Positions 10,808-20,996 are shown, counted from the stretch's first letter. The stretch is DNA of 64,000 nucleotides from Verrucomicrobiota bacterium (GCA_049510745.1 JBEKYR010000001.1:32001-96000); one strand, 5' to 3'. Numbers and translations: made by a program. The notes: generated by a model not told the origin, from the sequence alone.

Positions 10808-10937
10808 AATGACTAATGACTAAATCATAATGACGAAACAATGCTCAAATGACTCAATGACGAAAACAGAACCCGCATTAATTTCGTCATTCGGGCTCCG
10901 TCATTCCTTCGTCATTCGAGCTTAGGCATTCGTCATT
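10808..10937. repeat. Palindromic element built from degenerate heptamers (AATGACN ... NGTCATT)
   Basis: Left arm AATGACT AATGACT..AATGACG..AATGACT CAATGACGAAA; right arm TTTCGTCATT..CGTCATT..CGTCATT..GGCATT CGTCATT. Confidence 0.8.
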
Positions 10938-11081
10938 CTTTCTGGGCCTGTCTGCGGCCAGCCGTCATCTCCCATCAACAACAGGGTTGCCGCAGACCGG
11001 GATGCGCTCTTTTGACTGGCCGCTTCGATTGCCGCTTTGCAACCCCGCGTTTTCGGCGTAACCTGCGCGTTGTCTCGAAAC

Positions 11082-12452
11082 ATGCCCAGCGTTTATATCA
11101 AGACCTACGGCTGCCAGATGAACGAGCGCGATTCGGAGGCGGTCGCCGCCCAACTGGTCGCCAAAGGCTACTCTCTGGCCCCGTCCGAGGCGGTGGCTGA
11201 TGTCGTTCTGCTCAATACGTGCAGCGTGCGCGACGCGGCCGAGCAAAAAGCCGTCGGCAAAATGAAAACCATCGCGGCCGAGGTCCGCCGGCATCGCCCC
11301 CATGTCGTCCTGGGTTTCCTGGGCTGCATGGCGCAAAGCCGGGGCCGCCAATTGATCGACCAGTTGCCCGATGTCGATCTGGTCGTCGGCACGCAAAAAT
11401 TCCACCGCGCGGCCGATTACCTGGATGAGATCGTGGCCGGGAAGCGGGAGAAAATTGTTGACATCGAAGCCGAAGCGGGCAGCGAGGGCGCGATCAAGGA
11501 GCATTTGCTCTTGGGCCGGGGCGCGCCCGGCGGGAACGGCGCGGCTGTGACCGCGTTCGTCAGCATCATGCAAGGATGCAACCAGCGTTGCACGTTTTGC
11601 ATCGTTCCCCACACGCGGGGCGAAGAGCGCAGCCGCACGATCGCGGACATTGTGGCCGAAGGCCGCCAGTTGGCGGAAGGCGGCGTCAAGGAAATCACGC
11701 TGCTGGGCCAGATCGTCACCAGTTACGGCAGGCGCGACCTGCCGCCGCGCGGCGGCAAATCCGCTTTTGTCCAATTGCTGGAGGCGGTGCAGGAGATCGA
11801 CGGCTTGGAGCGCATCCGCTTTACTTCGCCGCATCCGAAGGGCTACGGCGACGATTTGGTCGAGGCTTACGCGCGGCTGCCCAAGCTTTGCGAAAGCGCC
11901 CATCTGCCGGTGCAGAGCGGGAGCGACCGCGTTTTGAAAGCGATGCATCGCGGCTACACCCGCGCGCGCTTCCTCGGCCTCGTTGAAAAACTGCGCCGGG
12001 CGCGGCCGGGCATCGGCGTCACGACGGACGTCATCGTGGGTTTCCCCGGCGAGACGGAGGAGGACTTTGAGGAAACGCTCTCGCTGGCGCGCGAGGCGCA
12101 ATTCGACAACGCCTACCTGTTCAAATACTCGCCGCGCAAGGACACGCCGGCGGCGGAGATGCCGGGCCAGGTGCCGGCGGAAATCAAGGAGCAACGCCAT
12201 ACTCGTCTGCTTGAGGAAATCAACGCCATCGGCCGGCGCCGTTACGGCGCCTGCGTGGGGCAGACCGTTCAAATCCTGGTGGAAGGGCCGAGCAAAAGAA
12301 ATCCCGTCCGCCTGGCGGGACGGACTCGCTGCAACAAAATCGTGGTGTTCGAGGGCGGCGCGCGGCACCGCGGGCAGTTGATGGATTTGAAGATTACGCG
12401 GGCCGGTTCGTTTACCCTTTACGGCGATCCGGCCATTGTGAATCTGGATTAG
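11082..12452 (+). CDS. miaB: tRNA-2-methylthio-N6-isopentenyladenosine(37) synthase
   Basis: TYGCQMNERDSE, NTCSVR, GCMAQ, radical-SAM CNQRCTFC, SPHPK, C-terminal TRAM domain. Confidence 0.95.
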   Translation: MPSVYIKTYGCQMNERDSEAVAAQLVAKGYSLAPSEAVADVVLLNTCSVRDAAEQKAVGKMKTIAAEVRRHRPHVVLGFLGCMAQSRGRQLIDQLPDVDLVVGTQKFHRAADYLDEIVAGKREKIVDIEAEAGSEGAIKEHLLLGRGAPGGNGAAVTAFVSIMQGCNQRCTFCIVPHTRGEERSRTIADIVAEGRQLAEGGVKEITLLGQIVTSYGRRDLPPRGGKSAFVQLLEAVQEIDGLERIRFTSPHPKGYGDDLVEAYARLPKLCESAHLPVQSGSDRVLKAMHRGYTRARFLGLVEKLRRARPGIGVTTDVIVGFPGETEEDFEETLSLAREAQFDNAYLFKYSPRKDTPAAEMPGQVPAEIKEQRHTRLLEEINAIGRRRYGACVGQTVQILVEGPSKRNPVRLAGRTRCNKIVVFEGGARHRGQLMDLKITRAGSFTLYGDPAIVNLD

Positions 12453-15400
12453 AATTTTTCCACTATCCAACTCACTGCGTCGCCCAGGATGGCGTTGCCT
12501 TGGGGCGACGCCAGCAAGGTGGACCAGATGTAAAACACTTTGCCGCCTTTGCCGGCGCCGGCGCCGAGTTCGACGTAAAAAGCGGCGTCGCCACGATTGC
12601 GGCCGCCGCCATCGACGACCGAGAGCAACGGAACAAAGCGGTCGGCCGGATCGATCTCGGAACGTTGGACGGCGCGCAAACGCGGGTCGCCTTCCGGAAA
12701 CGCAAATTGGGCCGGAACTGAATGCAGCAGCTTTTGACCGGGGTTGGTCTGGATGCGCAAGCCTTCGGGCGCTTCTTCAAAGGCGGCGGACAACGGCAAT
12801 CCCAATTGCGGCAGGACCGGGTCCGGCTGGCCCGGGGGCCCTCCCGCGCGGCTGCCGTAATACAGAGGATAGGGTCCGCTGGCCAAAAGCACGAGCGTTC
12901 CACCCTCTGTCAAGTAACGCTTCAAGGCCGCAATCCCGTCGCCTTCCGCGCTCACGGTTTTCACGTAATTCTCGTCGCCCAGATAAAACGCGAACGGAAA
13001 ACGGGCGGCGTTGAATTTGTCGGCGGCGACGAACTCGCCCGGCGACAGGCGGACCCACTTTTTTCGCAAACCCGTCAGCGCGGCAAAGTTGGCGGCGGGA
13101 CCGTCCGTCGCGCCGGGGAGCAGCGCCATCGTTCCGTCCGGCAACCCCCCCACGCGCCGTCGCAACTCCGCCAGCGTCTTGAGTTCGCGGCGTTCGGCGG
13201 CCAAATCGACCGCGGTCGCGGCCATCGCCTTGCGGGCTGCGGCTGAGGTGGCTGCGTCGTTGCCCAGGGTCACGGCCATGAGCAGCGTCCCGCTCGGGTC
13301 AATCCCCGTCACCGATGTTCCGGCCGGAATATCCGCATAATCAAGAAGAATTCTCCGCTCGAAAAGAGGCGGCCAGGCGCGCCACGCCAGAACGGCTTTG
13401 CCGGCCAGCGGCCGCCGGCTGCCATCGCTCAAAATCAGCTTTGGCGCGGCTTCTCCGTCGGGCGCATAGGCGGCAAAAAGGGTGCGCAGCAATGGAGCTT
13501 TGAAGAAAATGGGATGACTGGCGGCCCGGTCCCCTTGCCAGAACGGCACGCCGAATACCCAATGCTCCCCGGCAACCAGCCCCGCGAAGGACTGCGGATC
13601 GTTCCAGTCCTGCCGCAGCGGAACATCGCCCTCCACCGGCAGCAGGAAGAAGTCCCCGCGTGTTTCCGGTCCTGGCTTCTGCCCGCAATAGACGAGCGGC
13701 GTCGTGAAGTTCGTGGCCGCAAGCCCTTCCGGGAGCGTGCCGATGGCAATCACGTCGCCGTTGCGCAATCCTGTCAAGTAAAGCGAAGACGGCGCCTGGG
13801 CCGGCCGGCGGGCCTGGGTTTCATCGAGCGGGCGCTGGTTGAGCGCGACCGGAAGCCGCGAAATATCGACATTGGGATAGGAAAAACTCACGTCGAACGG
13901 CTCCGCGTTCGACGACACGATGCGAAAGGAGCACGCGCCGTCGCCGTCAGTCTTGTAATCGGCCACGTCGTGATCGGTCGAGCCTTTGCAGAACGCGATG
14001 CAGGCGCGGGCGCCGGCGACGACGCGCAGTTTCGAGGCTCCGACCGGTTCGTTCATGGCCAGCGGCACGACAAAGCCGTAATTGTAACGCTGGCCGCGGC
14101 CCGGCCCTGCGCCGTCGAAAATTCCCAGACCCTCGGTCAAGGAACTGCCGCCGTAATCGGCCAGGGAATCTTCGTGCAGCGGGCGGTAGAGCTGGGGCCA
14201 GCGTTGCAGAATGCCGCGCAAATAGTAGCGCATCCGTTCGTCGCCCGTGTGGACATAGACCTGGGTCAAGGCGTCGATGACCCAACTGGCTTCGTTGGCG
14301 CAGCCCAGGCCCGCCCAGTCCCGTCCGCTGTTCGGCTCCAGCAAAAAGGAGCCGTCCACGGCGCCGTCAAACCGGTCCGAGTCCATCGCCCAAATCGGCA
14401 GATAGCGCCAGAGGACGTTGTCGGCCAGGCGCAGCGCCTCTTCCGCGCGGGACTTGCGGGCGGAATCGTTTTTGAAAGTGAAGTAATAATCGAGCAGAAA
14501 GGCGGCCTTCAATCCGCCGCCGATGGCGAAGGGGGAGGAGGGCACGTCGGCGAATTCGTTGCGCGTCCAGACACAATTCCCGGCCCAATTGAAAAGCTGG
14601 TCAATGGCTTCGAGGTAGGAGGGCCGGACCTGCTGCCATGCCCGGTCATAACGATACAACTCGACCAGGGTCCGCGCCGCGTACCAGCCGTCCGAGTTGT
14701 GGAGGGTGGTGACGGCGGGGCCGCCCCAGCGGTCGCGCCAGGCGCCGGCCAGGGGCTTTTCCCAAAAAAGACAAACTTCGCCATTCATCTTGACACGGCG
14801 GCCATATTTTTCCAGCAGCGTTTCCAGGCTGCGGCGGGCCTGGGCGATGGCGTTGGTGTCGTTTTGGCGCGCGGCCGTGTCGATGGGCATTTCGCGATGG
14901 CCGGCCCAGCCGTAGGGCAGCAGCGTGCCCTCCGGATAAAACTGGGGTTCGCCGCCCGGCCCCCAAACCGCGGGGCCGATGGGGCCAAGGAAGTCCTTCA
15001 AGCGCCCCGCGCCGGGCAGCCACGCCAGGTCATTCATCGCCGGCACGGCCGGCAGGACGTTGCGGTAACGCTGGAACAACCGCTCTTGGAAACGCTCGTT
15101 CGGGTCCCCGGTGGCGGGAAGGTCTGTGTCAACAATCAGTTGGAAATGGGATTCGAGCGTCTCGCCGCCTTTGGGAAACACCAGATTGCCATAGCGCAAC
15201 CCGCCGAAAGGAAAGGCCAGCGTGATAAAGCTCTTTTCCGCGCCTTCCCGCCAGCAGTAGGCGGTGGCAATGAAACGCTCGGATTGGTCCGTGGCGCGGC
15301 TTTCCTGAAAATCATAGCCCGCGTAGAGTCGTCTCTCCGGGTCCCACAGGCCGATCATCGGAATGGGATGCGCCCCCAGCGGGCAGAGGTAACTCCAGTT

Positions 15401-15916
15401 GCGGTTCCAGAGACAGGAGATTTCGGGCGAGCCGGCGTGCTGGTCCCCGAGCAGCGGGAAAGGATCGTCGTTGGGCGTGGCGTTGAGCCAGCCGCGCTGG
15501 TGCCACACCTTGGCCGACGGCATCGGGCAAATGAGAAAATGAAAAGGCGTCTTGGCCCCGCCGAACAGCCGCTCCCAGCGCGCGGCGTCGAAATGGACGA
15601 GCGTCAAGTGGAAACCAACAACAGGTTCGGGAGCCTCCCTGGAGCCGGGCGCGATGCTGACAAAATCCTCCCGCCCAAAACTCACCGCCAGCGGGTCTGC
15701 GCAATGCAACCCCGACAGCCGCAGCCCGCCACCGTCCTTCTCCACCTTGTCCGCCGCCAGAACGCCGCCGGCGCAGAGGCGGATGGGCGCGGCGACCTTG
15801 CCGTCGGCCAAAACGTCAAAACCCTCGTGGCCGGCCGGTTGGAAGGTGAGAGGGGCGCCGGCCAGCGACCAAGCCGCGAAGCTGAGGACAAGCGAAAGCG
15901 CGCGAAAGTGACTCAT
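12449..15916 (-). CDS. Large secreted hypothetical protein (possible glycoside hydrolase-like)
   Basis: About 1155 aa from ATG 15916; signal-peptide-like MSHFRALSLVLSFAAWSLAGA; aromatic-rich helical core; C-terminal LKRYLTEGGTLVLL amidotransferase-like segment. Confidence 0.7.
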   Translation of the reverse strand: MSHFRALSLVLSFAAWSLAGAPLTFQPAGHEGFDVLADGKVAAPIRLCAGGVLAADKVEKDGGGLRLSGLHCADPLAVSFGREDFVSIAPGSREAPEPVVGFHLTLVHFDAARWERLFGGAKTPFHFLICPMPSAKVWHQRGWLNATPNDDPFPLLGDQHAGSPEISCLWNRNWSYLCPLGAHPIPMIGLWDPERRLYAGYDFQESRATDQSERFIATAYCWREGAEKSFITLAFPFGGLRYGNLVFPKGGETLESHFQLIVDTDLPATGDPNERFQERLFQRYRNVLPAVPAMNDLAWLPGAGRLKDFLGPIGPAVWGPGGEPQFYPEGTLLPYGWAGHREMPIDTAARQNDTNAIAQARRSLETLLEKYGRRVKMNGEVCLFWEKPLAGAWRDRWGGPAVTTLHNSDGWYAARTLVELYRYDRAWQQVRPSYLEAIDQLFNWAGNCVWTRNEFADVPSSPFAIGGGLKAAFLLDYYFTFKNDSARKSRAEEALRLADNVLWRYLPIWAMDSDRFDGAVDGSFLLEPNSGRDWAGLGCANEASWVIDALTQVYVHTGDERMRYYLRGILQRWPQLYRPLHEDSLADYGGSSLTEGLGIFDGAGPGRGQRYNYGFVVPLAMNEPVGASKLRVVAGARACIAFCKGSTDHDVADYKTDGDGACSFRIVSSNAEPFDVSFSYPNVDISRLPVALNQRPLDETQARRPAQAPSSLYLTGLRNGDVIAIGTLPEGLAATNFTTPLVYCGQKPGPETRGDFFLLPVEGDVPLRQDWNDPQSFAGLVAGEHWVFGVPFWQGDRAASHPIFFKAPLLRTLFAAYAPDGEAAPKLILSDGSRRPLAGKAVLAWRAWPPLFERRILLDYADIPAGTSVTGIDPSGTLLMAVTLGNDAATSAAARKAMAATAVDLAAERRELKTLAELRRRVGGLPDGTMALLPGATDGPAANFAALTGLRKKWVRLSPGEFVAADKFNAARFPFAFYLGDENYVKTVSAEGDGIAALKRYLTEGGTLVLLASGPYPLYYGSRAGGPPGQPDPVLPQLGLPLSAAFEEAPEGLRIQTNPGQKLLHSVPAQFAFPEGDPRLRAVQRSEIDPADRFVPLLSVVDGGGRNRGDAAFYVELGAGAGKGGKVFYIWSTLLASPQGNAILGDAVSWIVEKF

Positions 15917-15947
15917 GCCCCAAGTAGAACGGCCCGCCCGCGCAGCG

Positions 15948-17132
15948 TCAATGCCGCCGTTGAAATTCCTCCCAGGTTGGGGACATGCCCCGGAGCTTGG
16001 CCACAATTTTGGGAAACGTTTCCAGGACGTAATCGATGTCCTCGTCGCTGTTGTCCTTGCCCAGCGAGAAGATGACGGCGGCCTGCGCCAGGGCGGGGTC
16101 GAGGCCGATCGCTTCCAGAACGTGCGAGGGCCGGAGAGATTTGCTCACGCAACCGGAGCGGCCGGCCAGCGCGATCCCGCGCGTGTCGCACAAGAGCACC
16201 TGCCCTTCGCCTTCGGTGAATTCGGCGGATATATTCAGATTGACGGGACTGCGGCGGGGGCCGGGTTCGGGACCGTTGAGATGCAGGTGCGCGACGGCGG
16301 CGCGCAGGCCCTCCCACAACCGCCCTTGCAGACGCGCGCAGCGGGCGGCCCGCTCCGGCAACTCGCGCGCGGCCATTTCCGCCGCGACACCGGCGCCGAC
16401 AATTCCCGGCACGTTCTCCACCCCGGCGCGGCGGCCGCCTTCCTGGTCTCCGCCGTGCAGCAGGCCCGCTAGGCGCGCGCGGCGGTGGCGATACAACACC
16501 CCGACGCCTTTCGGGCCGTAAAAGCGATGGGGCGAGAAGGACAGCAGGTCCGCGCCCAACGCCTGCACATCGACCGGCAGCCAGCCCGCGCTGGCGTCGG
16601 CATCGACATAGAACGGGATGCCCTTTTCATGGGCCACGCCGCTGATCTCGCGGATGGGTTCAATGGCGCCGATGTCGTGATTGACATGGTGGACGGCGAT
16701 TAAAATAGTTTTGTCAGTGATGGCCGAGCGGACCCGCGCCGGATCGACGGCTCCGAGGCGGTCCACCTCCAGGCGCGTGCAGGTGAAGCCGCGCTGCTCG
16801 AGGAAGGCGGCCGAGTTGAGCACCGCCGGATGTTCGATCCGGCTGAGAACCAGGTGGTTTCCCCGGCGCTGGTTCGCCCACGCCGTGCCTTTGACCGCGA
16901 GGTTGGCCGATTCGGTCCCGTCGGACGTGAAGATGATCTCCTCGGGAGAGCCGGCGTTGATGAGGCGGGCGATCTGGGTGCGGGCGGCGTCCACCGCGTC
17001 CCGCGCCCGCAGGCCGTGCTGATGGAGCGAGGAGGGATTGCCAAATGCCCCGGCCAGGAACGGTTTCATGGCTTCCCACACTTCCGGCAGCGCGGGCGTG
17101 GCGGATTGGTGGTCGAGATAGACTTGCCGCAT
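15948..17132 (-). CDS. IscS/NifS-family cysteine desulfurase homologue with atypical PLP site
   Basis: YLDH, GNPSSLH, FTSDGTES, IEHPAV, FYGPKGVG, GCVSKSLRPSHVL; SPHRFYGPKG replaces canonical SxHKxYGPKG. Confidence 0.85.
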   Translation of the reverse strand: MRQVYLDHQSATPALPEVWEAMKPFLAGAFGNPSSLHQHGLRARDAVDAARTQIARLINAGSPEEIIFTSDGTESANLAVKGTAWANQRRGNHLVLSRIEHPAVLNSAAFLEQRGFTCTRLEVDRLGAVDPARVRSAITDKTILIAVHHVNHDIGAIEPIREISGVAHEKGIPFYVDADASAGWLPVDVQALGADLLSFSPHRFYGPKGVGVLYRHRRARLAGLLHGGDQEGGRRAGVENVPGIVGAGVAAEMAARELPERAARCARLQGRLWEGLRAAVAHLHLNGPEPGPRRSPVNLNISAEFTEGEGQVLLCDTRGIALAGRSGCVSKSLRPSHVLEAIGLDPALAQAAVIFSLGKDNSDEDIDYVLETFPKIVAKLRGMSPTWEEFQRRH

Positions 17133-17137
17133 CGCGC

Positions 17138-17584
17138 TTAATTCCGGCGGCGCTCTCCCTGTCGAGTCAAGTCAAGTGTTTTCTGCTGCCGGATCAAGTC
17201 GCGCAGGCTCGTCGCCGTGAGCGCGTCTTTGACGCCGTTCTGCGCCCGCTCGAACAAGCCGCACAAGGCGCAGCCGCCGACGTGTTGGCAATCCGGCTTG
17301 GCCTGCTTGCACCGCTGAAAAACGATCTTGCCTTCGACCGCCTCGATGATTTCCAGCACGGAGATGTCGGCGGGATTCTTGGCCAGGGCGAAACCGCCGC
17401 CCGACCCGCGAATGGAGCGCACCAGCCCCGCCTTGGCGAGGCTTTGAAAGATTTTGGCCAGGAAACTCTTGGGAATCCGCTCCTGGCGGCTGACCTGGTC
17501 GATCATGGCCCGCTGGCCTGGCTGGCGCCGGGCCAGGTGCATCAGCCCCAACACCCCGTATTCGCCTGCGCGGGTAATTTGCAT
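17138..17584 (-). CDS. Rrf2 family transcriptional regulator
   Basis: SFLAKIFQSLAKAGLVRSIRGSGGGFALAK; Cys cluster CKQAKPDCQHVGGCALC. Confidence 0.92.
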   Translation of the reverse strand: MQITRAGEYGVLGLMHLARRQPGQRAMIDQVSRQERIPKSFLAKIFQSLAKAGLVRSIRGSGGGFALAKNPADISVLEIIEAVEGKIVFQRCKQAKPDCQHVGGCALCGLFERAQNGVKDALTATSLRDLIRQQKTLDLTRQGERRRN

Positions 17585-17740
17585 TTAAATGGTTGACGAG
17601 TTCTTCTTGTAACGCCGAATTCGGACTGACTTTGTCCGATAAAACATAGGCGGGGCACGGCGGAACGTCAACCCAGGAATGCCCGGTTGCGTTGAAAAAC
17701 CATTGAATCCCCGCTTCGTCCCGGCGACAATCTTGCCGAC

Positions 17741-19096
17741 ATGACCGCCACGAACGTCGCCCCATTCGCCGCCGCCGCCGCGCCGCCCGCCCCGCGCCTC
17801 TCGCAATTGCGCGGGTTGGATTACTCGGTTGTCCAGCAATGCATGCATTGCGGCCTTTGCCTGCCGACCTGCCCGACTTACGACGCCACCAAACTGGAAC
17901 GCCACAGCCCGCGCGGACGCATCGCCCTCATGCGCGCCATCGCCGATGGCCGTCTGGAACCGACCCGCATCTTCGGCGATGAAATGTATTTTTGCCTCGG
18001 CTGCCTGGCTTGCATGACGGCCTGCCCCGCCGGCGTCAATTACGCCGAACTGTTCGAGCACGCGCGCGCGGAAGCCGAGGAAAGCGGCGCCTTGCGCAAT
18101 CCCAAGCGGAGCTTCATCCGCTGGCTGACGATGCGCTGGCTTTTCATGGATTTGCGCCGCCTGCGGTTTGTGGGGGCGTTGATCCGCCTTTATCAGCAGT
18201 TGGGCCTGCAAGGGCTGTTGCGCGGTTCCGGCGTGCTCAAGCTCGCGCCGCGCCGCCTGCGCGAGTTGGAGGCCATGACGCCGGTCGTCCAGCTAAAATT
18301 TTCCGCGGAGCTGATCGCGCCCGTCACGCCCGCCGTTGGCGGCAAGAGATTTCGCGTCGCCCTGCTCACCGGCTGCGCCCAGGACTTGATGTTCAGCGAC
18401 GTCAACCGCGACACGGCGGAAGTCCTGGCCCGGAACGGTTGCGAAGTGGTCACACCGCCCCGCCAGAATTGCTGCGGCTCGCTCCACGCGCACAATGGGG
18501 AATTGGGCATGGCCCGGGCCTTGGCCCGCAAAAGCATCGACCTATTCCCGCCGGAACAATTCGACGCCATCATCAGCAACGCCGCCGGCTGCGGCTCGCA
18601 TCTGAAGCATTACCGCCGCCTGCTGGCGGACGATCCGGTTTACCGCGCCCGCGCCGCGCTCTGGGACGCCAAGCTCAAGGACATCCACGAATGGCTCGTC
18701 GCCATCGGCCTGACGCCGCCCAAGGCCGGCGCCGCCGCCCGCACCGTCACTTATCACGAGGCCTGCCACCTGTGCCACGGGCAGAAGATCACCGCGCCGC
18801 CGCGCCAATTGCTCGGCGCGATTCCGGGGTTGAAGCTGGTCGAGTTGCCGGAGAGCGATTGGTGCTGCGGGAGCGCGGGGATTTACAACGTGATCCAGCC
18901 GGAAATGGCCAATAAACTACTTGACAGGAAGCTCGGGCACATCGTCTCCACCGGGGCCCAGGTGGTCGCCGTGGGGAACCCCGGCTGCCTGGCCCACATG
19001 GCCAACGGCATCCGGCGCGACCACCTGCCGGTGCGCCTGGCCCATCCCATCACCTTGCTGGCCGAAGCCTACCGCGCCGAATCGCCCCAGCCGTAA
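17741..19096 (+). CDS. GlcF-like (Fe-S)-binding oxidoreductase subunit
   Basis: Two ferredoxin motifs (CMHCGLCLPTCP, CLGCLACMTACP), SPRGRI, two CCG domains, YHEACHLCH. Confidence 0.88.
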   Translation: MTATNVAPFAAAAAPPAPRLSQLRGLDYSVVQQCMHCGLCLPTCPTYDATKLERHSPRGRIALMRAIADGRLEPTRIFGDEMYFCLGCLACMTACPAGVNYAELFEHARAEAEESGALRNPKRSFIRWLTMRWLFMDLRRLRFVGALIRLYQQLGLQGLLRGSGVLKLAPRRLRELEAMTPVVQLKFSAELIAPVTPAVGGKRFRVALLTGCAQDLMFSDVNRDTAEVLARNGCEVVTPPRQNCCGSLHAHNGELGMARALARKSIDLFPPEQFDAIISNAAGCGSHLKHYRRLLADDPVYRARAALWDAKLKDIHEWLVAIGLTPPKAGAAARTVTYHEACHLCHGQKITAPPRQLLGAIPGLKLVELPESDWCCGSAGIYNVIQPEMANKLLDRKLGHIVSTGAQVVAVGNPGCLAHMANGIRRDHLPVRLAHPITLLAEAYRAESPQP

Positions 19097-19120
19097 CCGG
19101 TCCGGAAAAGCGGACGAGCC

Positions 19121-20437
19121 TCACGTCGCGGGCGCGGGCGGCACATCCTGAATCCGCGCGAACTGCACCAGCAGATCGACCACCTTTTCGCTCAGGATTT
19201 GATTGTAAATGTCGGCCAGCCGCCCGGATTTCTCGAAATCCTTGACCAGCTTGTCCATCGGGATCTTGTACTGCGTGGCGAGGTCTTGCAAACGCCGCGC
19301 GATCTCCATTTGCTCGACCCTCACGCCCTCCTTCTCCGCCACCCGCTGGAAAATGAAAGTGGCCTTGACCCGCTGCTTGGCTGTGGCGTTGGCCGTGGCG
19401 TAAATCTGCTCCTTTTGCGCGTCAATCTCCTCCTTGGAGATGCCGCGCTGCTGGTTATCGTGGACAATGCCATAGACCACGTTGCGCGTCTCGTCCTCGA
19501 CGATGGACTCCGGCAGGTCGCACTGGACTTTGTTGAGGAGATTCTGCGTCACCTGGTTGCGGATGGTGCGGCTTTGTTTCAGGTTCAACTCCCGCTGCAA
19601 ATCCGCCCGCACGCCCTCGCGCAGTTTTTCCATGTTTTCCGCCCCATACGCCTTGGCAAACGCGTCGTCCACCGCCGGCACCTTCTTTTCCTTGGCCTCG
19701 ACCAATTCCACCTCGTAAACGCCCTTCTTCCCCGCCAATTGCGGCACCACAAAATCGGCCGGAAAATCAACCGTCACGGTGCGCTTGTCACCCGCCTTCA
19801 TGCCGATCAATTGCCCGCCGAACCCCGGAATAAACGACGTGGCATCGACATTGACCCAGAAACTCTTCTGCTCGGTCAACCCGCGGGCCGTCGGCGCCGT
19901 CTCGGTTATGGGCCGGCCTTCGCAGGCGCCGGTGTAATTGACCACGGCGACGTCGCCGGCTTTCAACTCGCGCGCGACGGTCGGGAATTGCGTCTGGCGC
20001 TGCGCCAGCGCGTAGAGCGCCCGCTCGATGTCTTGGGGCGTGACCGAGGCGATCTCCCGCAAGGCGGGCAGGCCCTTGTATTCGGGCAATTCAAATTCCG
20101 GGGCGATTTCCAGGTTCGCGGCGAATTGCAGCGGCTGGCCGCGGGTGAATTGAATCTCCTCCACGTCGGGCTGGCCGACGACGGTCAATTTCTGGTCCGA
20201 CACGGCCTTTTTGTAAGCCTCGCTGATGAGCTTGCGTTTGACCTCCTCCTGGATCTCGTTCTCGAATCGTTTGGCCACCATTTCCTTGGGCGCTTTGCCG
20301 GCGCGGAAGCCGGGAAAGCGGGCTTCGCGCTGGAAGTCGCCGGTGACTTCCTTGAAGGATTCCTCCACCTGCTCCGGCCCGATTTCGACCCGCAACAAAC
20401 GTTTGCAGGGCGCCAATTTTTCCACCGTTACATTCAC
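19121..20437 (-). CDS. tig: Trigger factor
   Basis: PGFRAGKAP ribosome-binding signature; FKBP domain FIPGF...GMKAGDK; GTG start. Confidence 0.95.
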   Translation of the reverse strand: MNVTVEKLAPCKRLLRVEIGPEQVEESFKEVTGDFQREARFPGFRAGKAPKEMVAKRFENEIQEEVKRKLISEAYKKAVSDQKLTVVGQPDVEEIQFTRGQPLQFAANLEIAPEFELPEYKGLPALREIASVTPQDIERALYALAQRQTQFPTVARELKAGDVAVVNYTGACEGRPITETAPTARGLTEQKSFWVNVDATSFIPGFGGQLIGMKAGDKRTVTVDFPADFVVPQLAGKKGVYEVELVEAKEKKVPAVDDAFAKAYGAENMEKLREGVRADLQRELNLKQSRTIRNQVTQNLLNKVQCDLPESIVEDETRNVVYGIVHDNQQRGISKEEIDAQKEQIYATANATAKQRVKATFIFQRVAEKEGVRVEQMEIARRLQDLATQYKIPMDKLVKDFEKSGRLADIYNQILSEKVVDLLVQFARIQDVPPAPAT

Positions 20438-20750
20438 AAAAAGCCTTTCGATTCCGCGCGCCGGCCCCCACTGGACTTGAAAGGTTCCGTCCCCATCGCA
20501 ACAACGTGGGATCAGGCCGCCCGCGAATTGGACAAGCTAAGGAGAGCCGCCCGGCGCGTCAAGCCAGCAAAAAAAACCAATCTTGGCAAGGGCGCATCTC
20601 CATATCTGGACACCGGTCAGCGCGGCTGGAGGGCCAACCTTGAATGGACAAGGATGAAGGATGAAGAGCCATTTCCTTTGGCACTTGTGAGGTTTTTCGT
20701 CTTCGGTCGCTTGTCGCTGGTTCCGGGTATTTTTAGAATTTCATTTTTTG

Positions 20751-20810
20751 GCCCGATTTAGCCGGATTTGGCCGGATTTGGCCGGATTTTTCCGGATTTG
20801 TCCGGGTTTT
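20751..20810. repeat. Degenerate 10-bp tandem repeat (GCCGGATTTG-like, about 6 units)
   Basis: gcccgattta gccggatttg gccggatttg gccggatttt tccggatttg tccgggtttt. Confidence 0.85.
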
Positions 20811-20996
20811 TAGATTCGTTTTCCGGTTTGACTCCGGCATTTTTTGCCGCTTCTTGGGGTAGTTCCCGGTGCTGGCGGTGCATCGCGTCTGCGGTTGGGC
20901 CGGTGCAGGACTGAGCTTTTGCGTCAAGGCTGTCACCTGCAAATGACGGCGAATGGTGCATACGAGGGCGAACGTCCAGGGTTTGACTGGTGAGCC

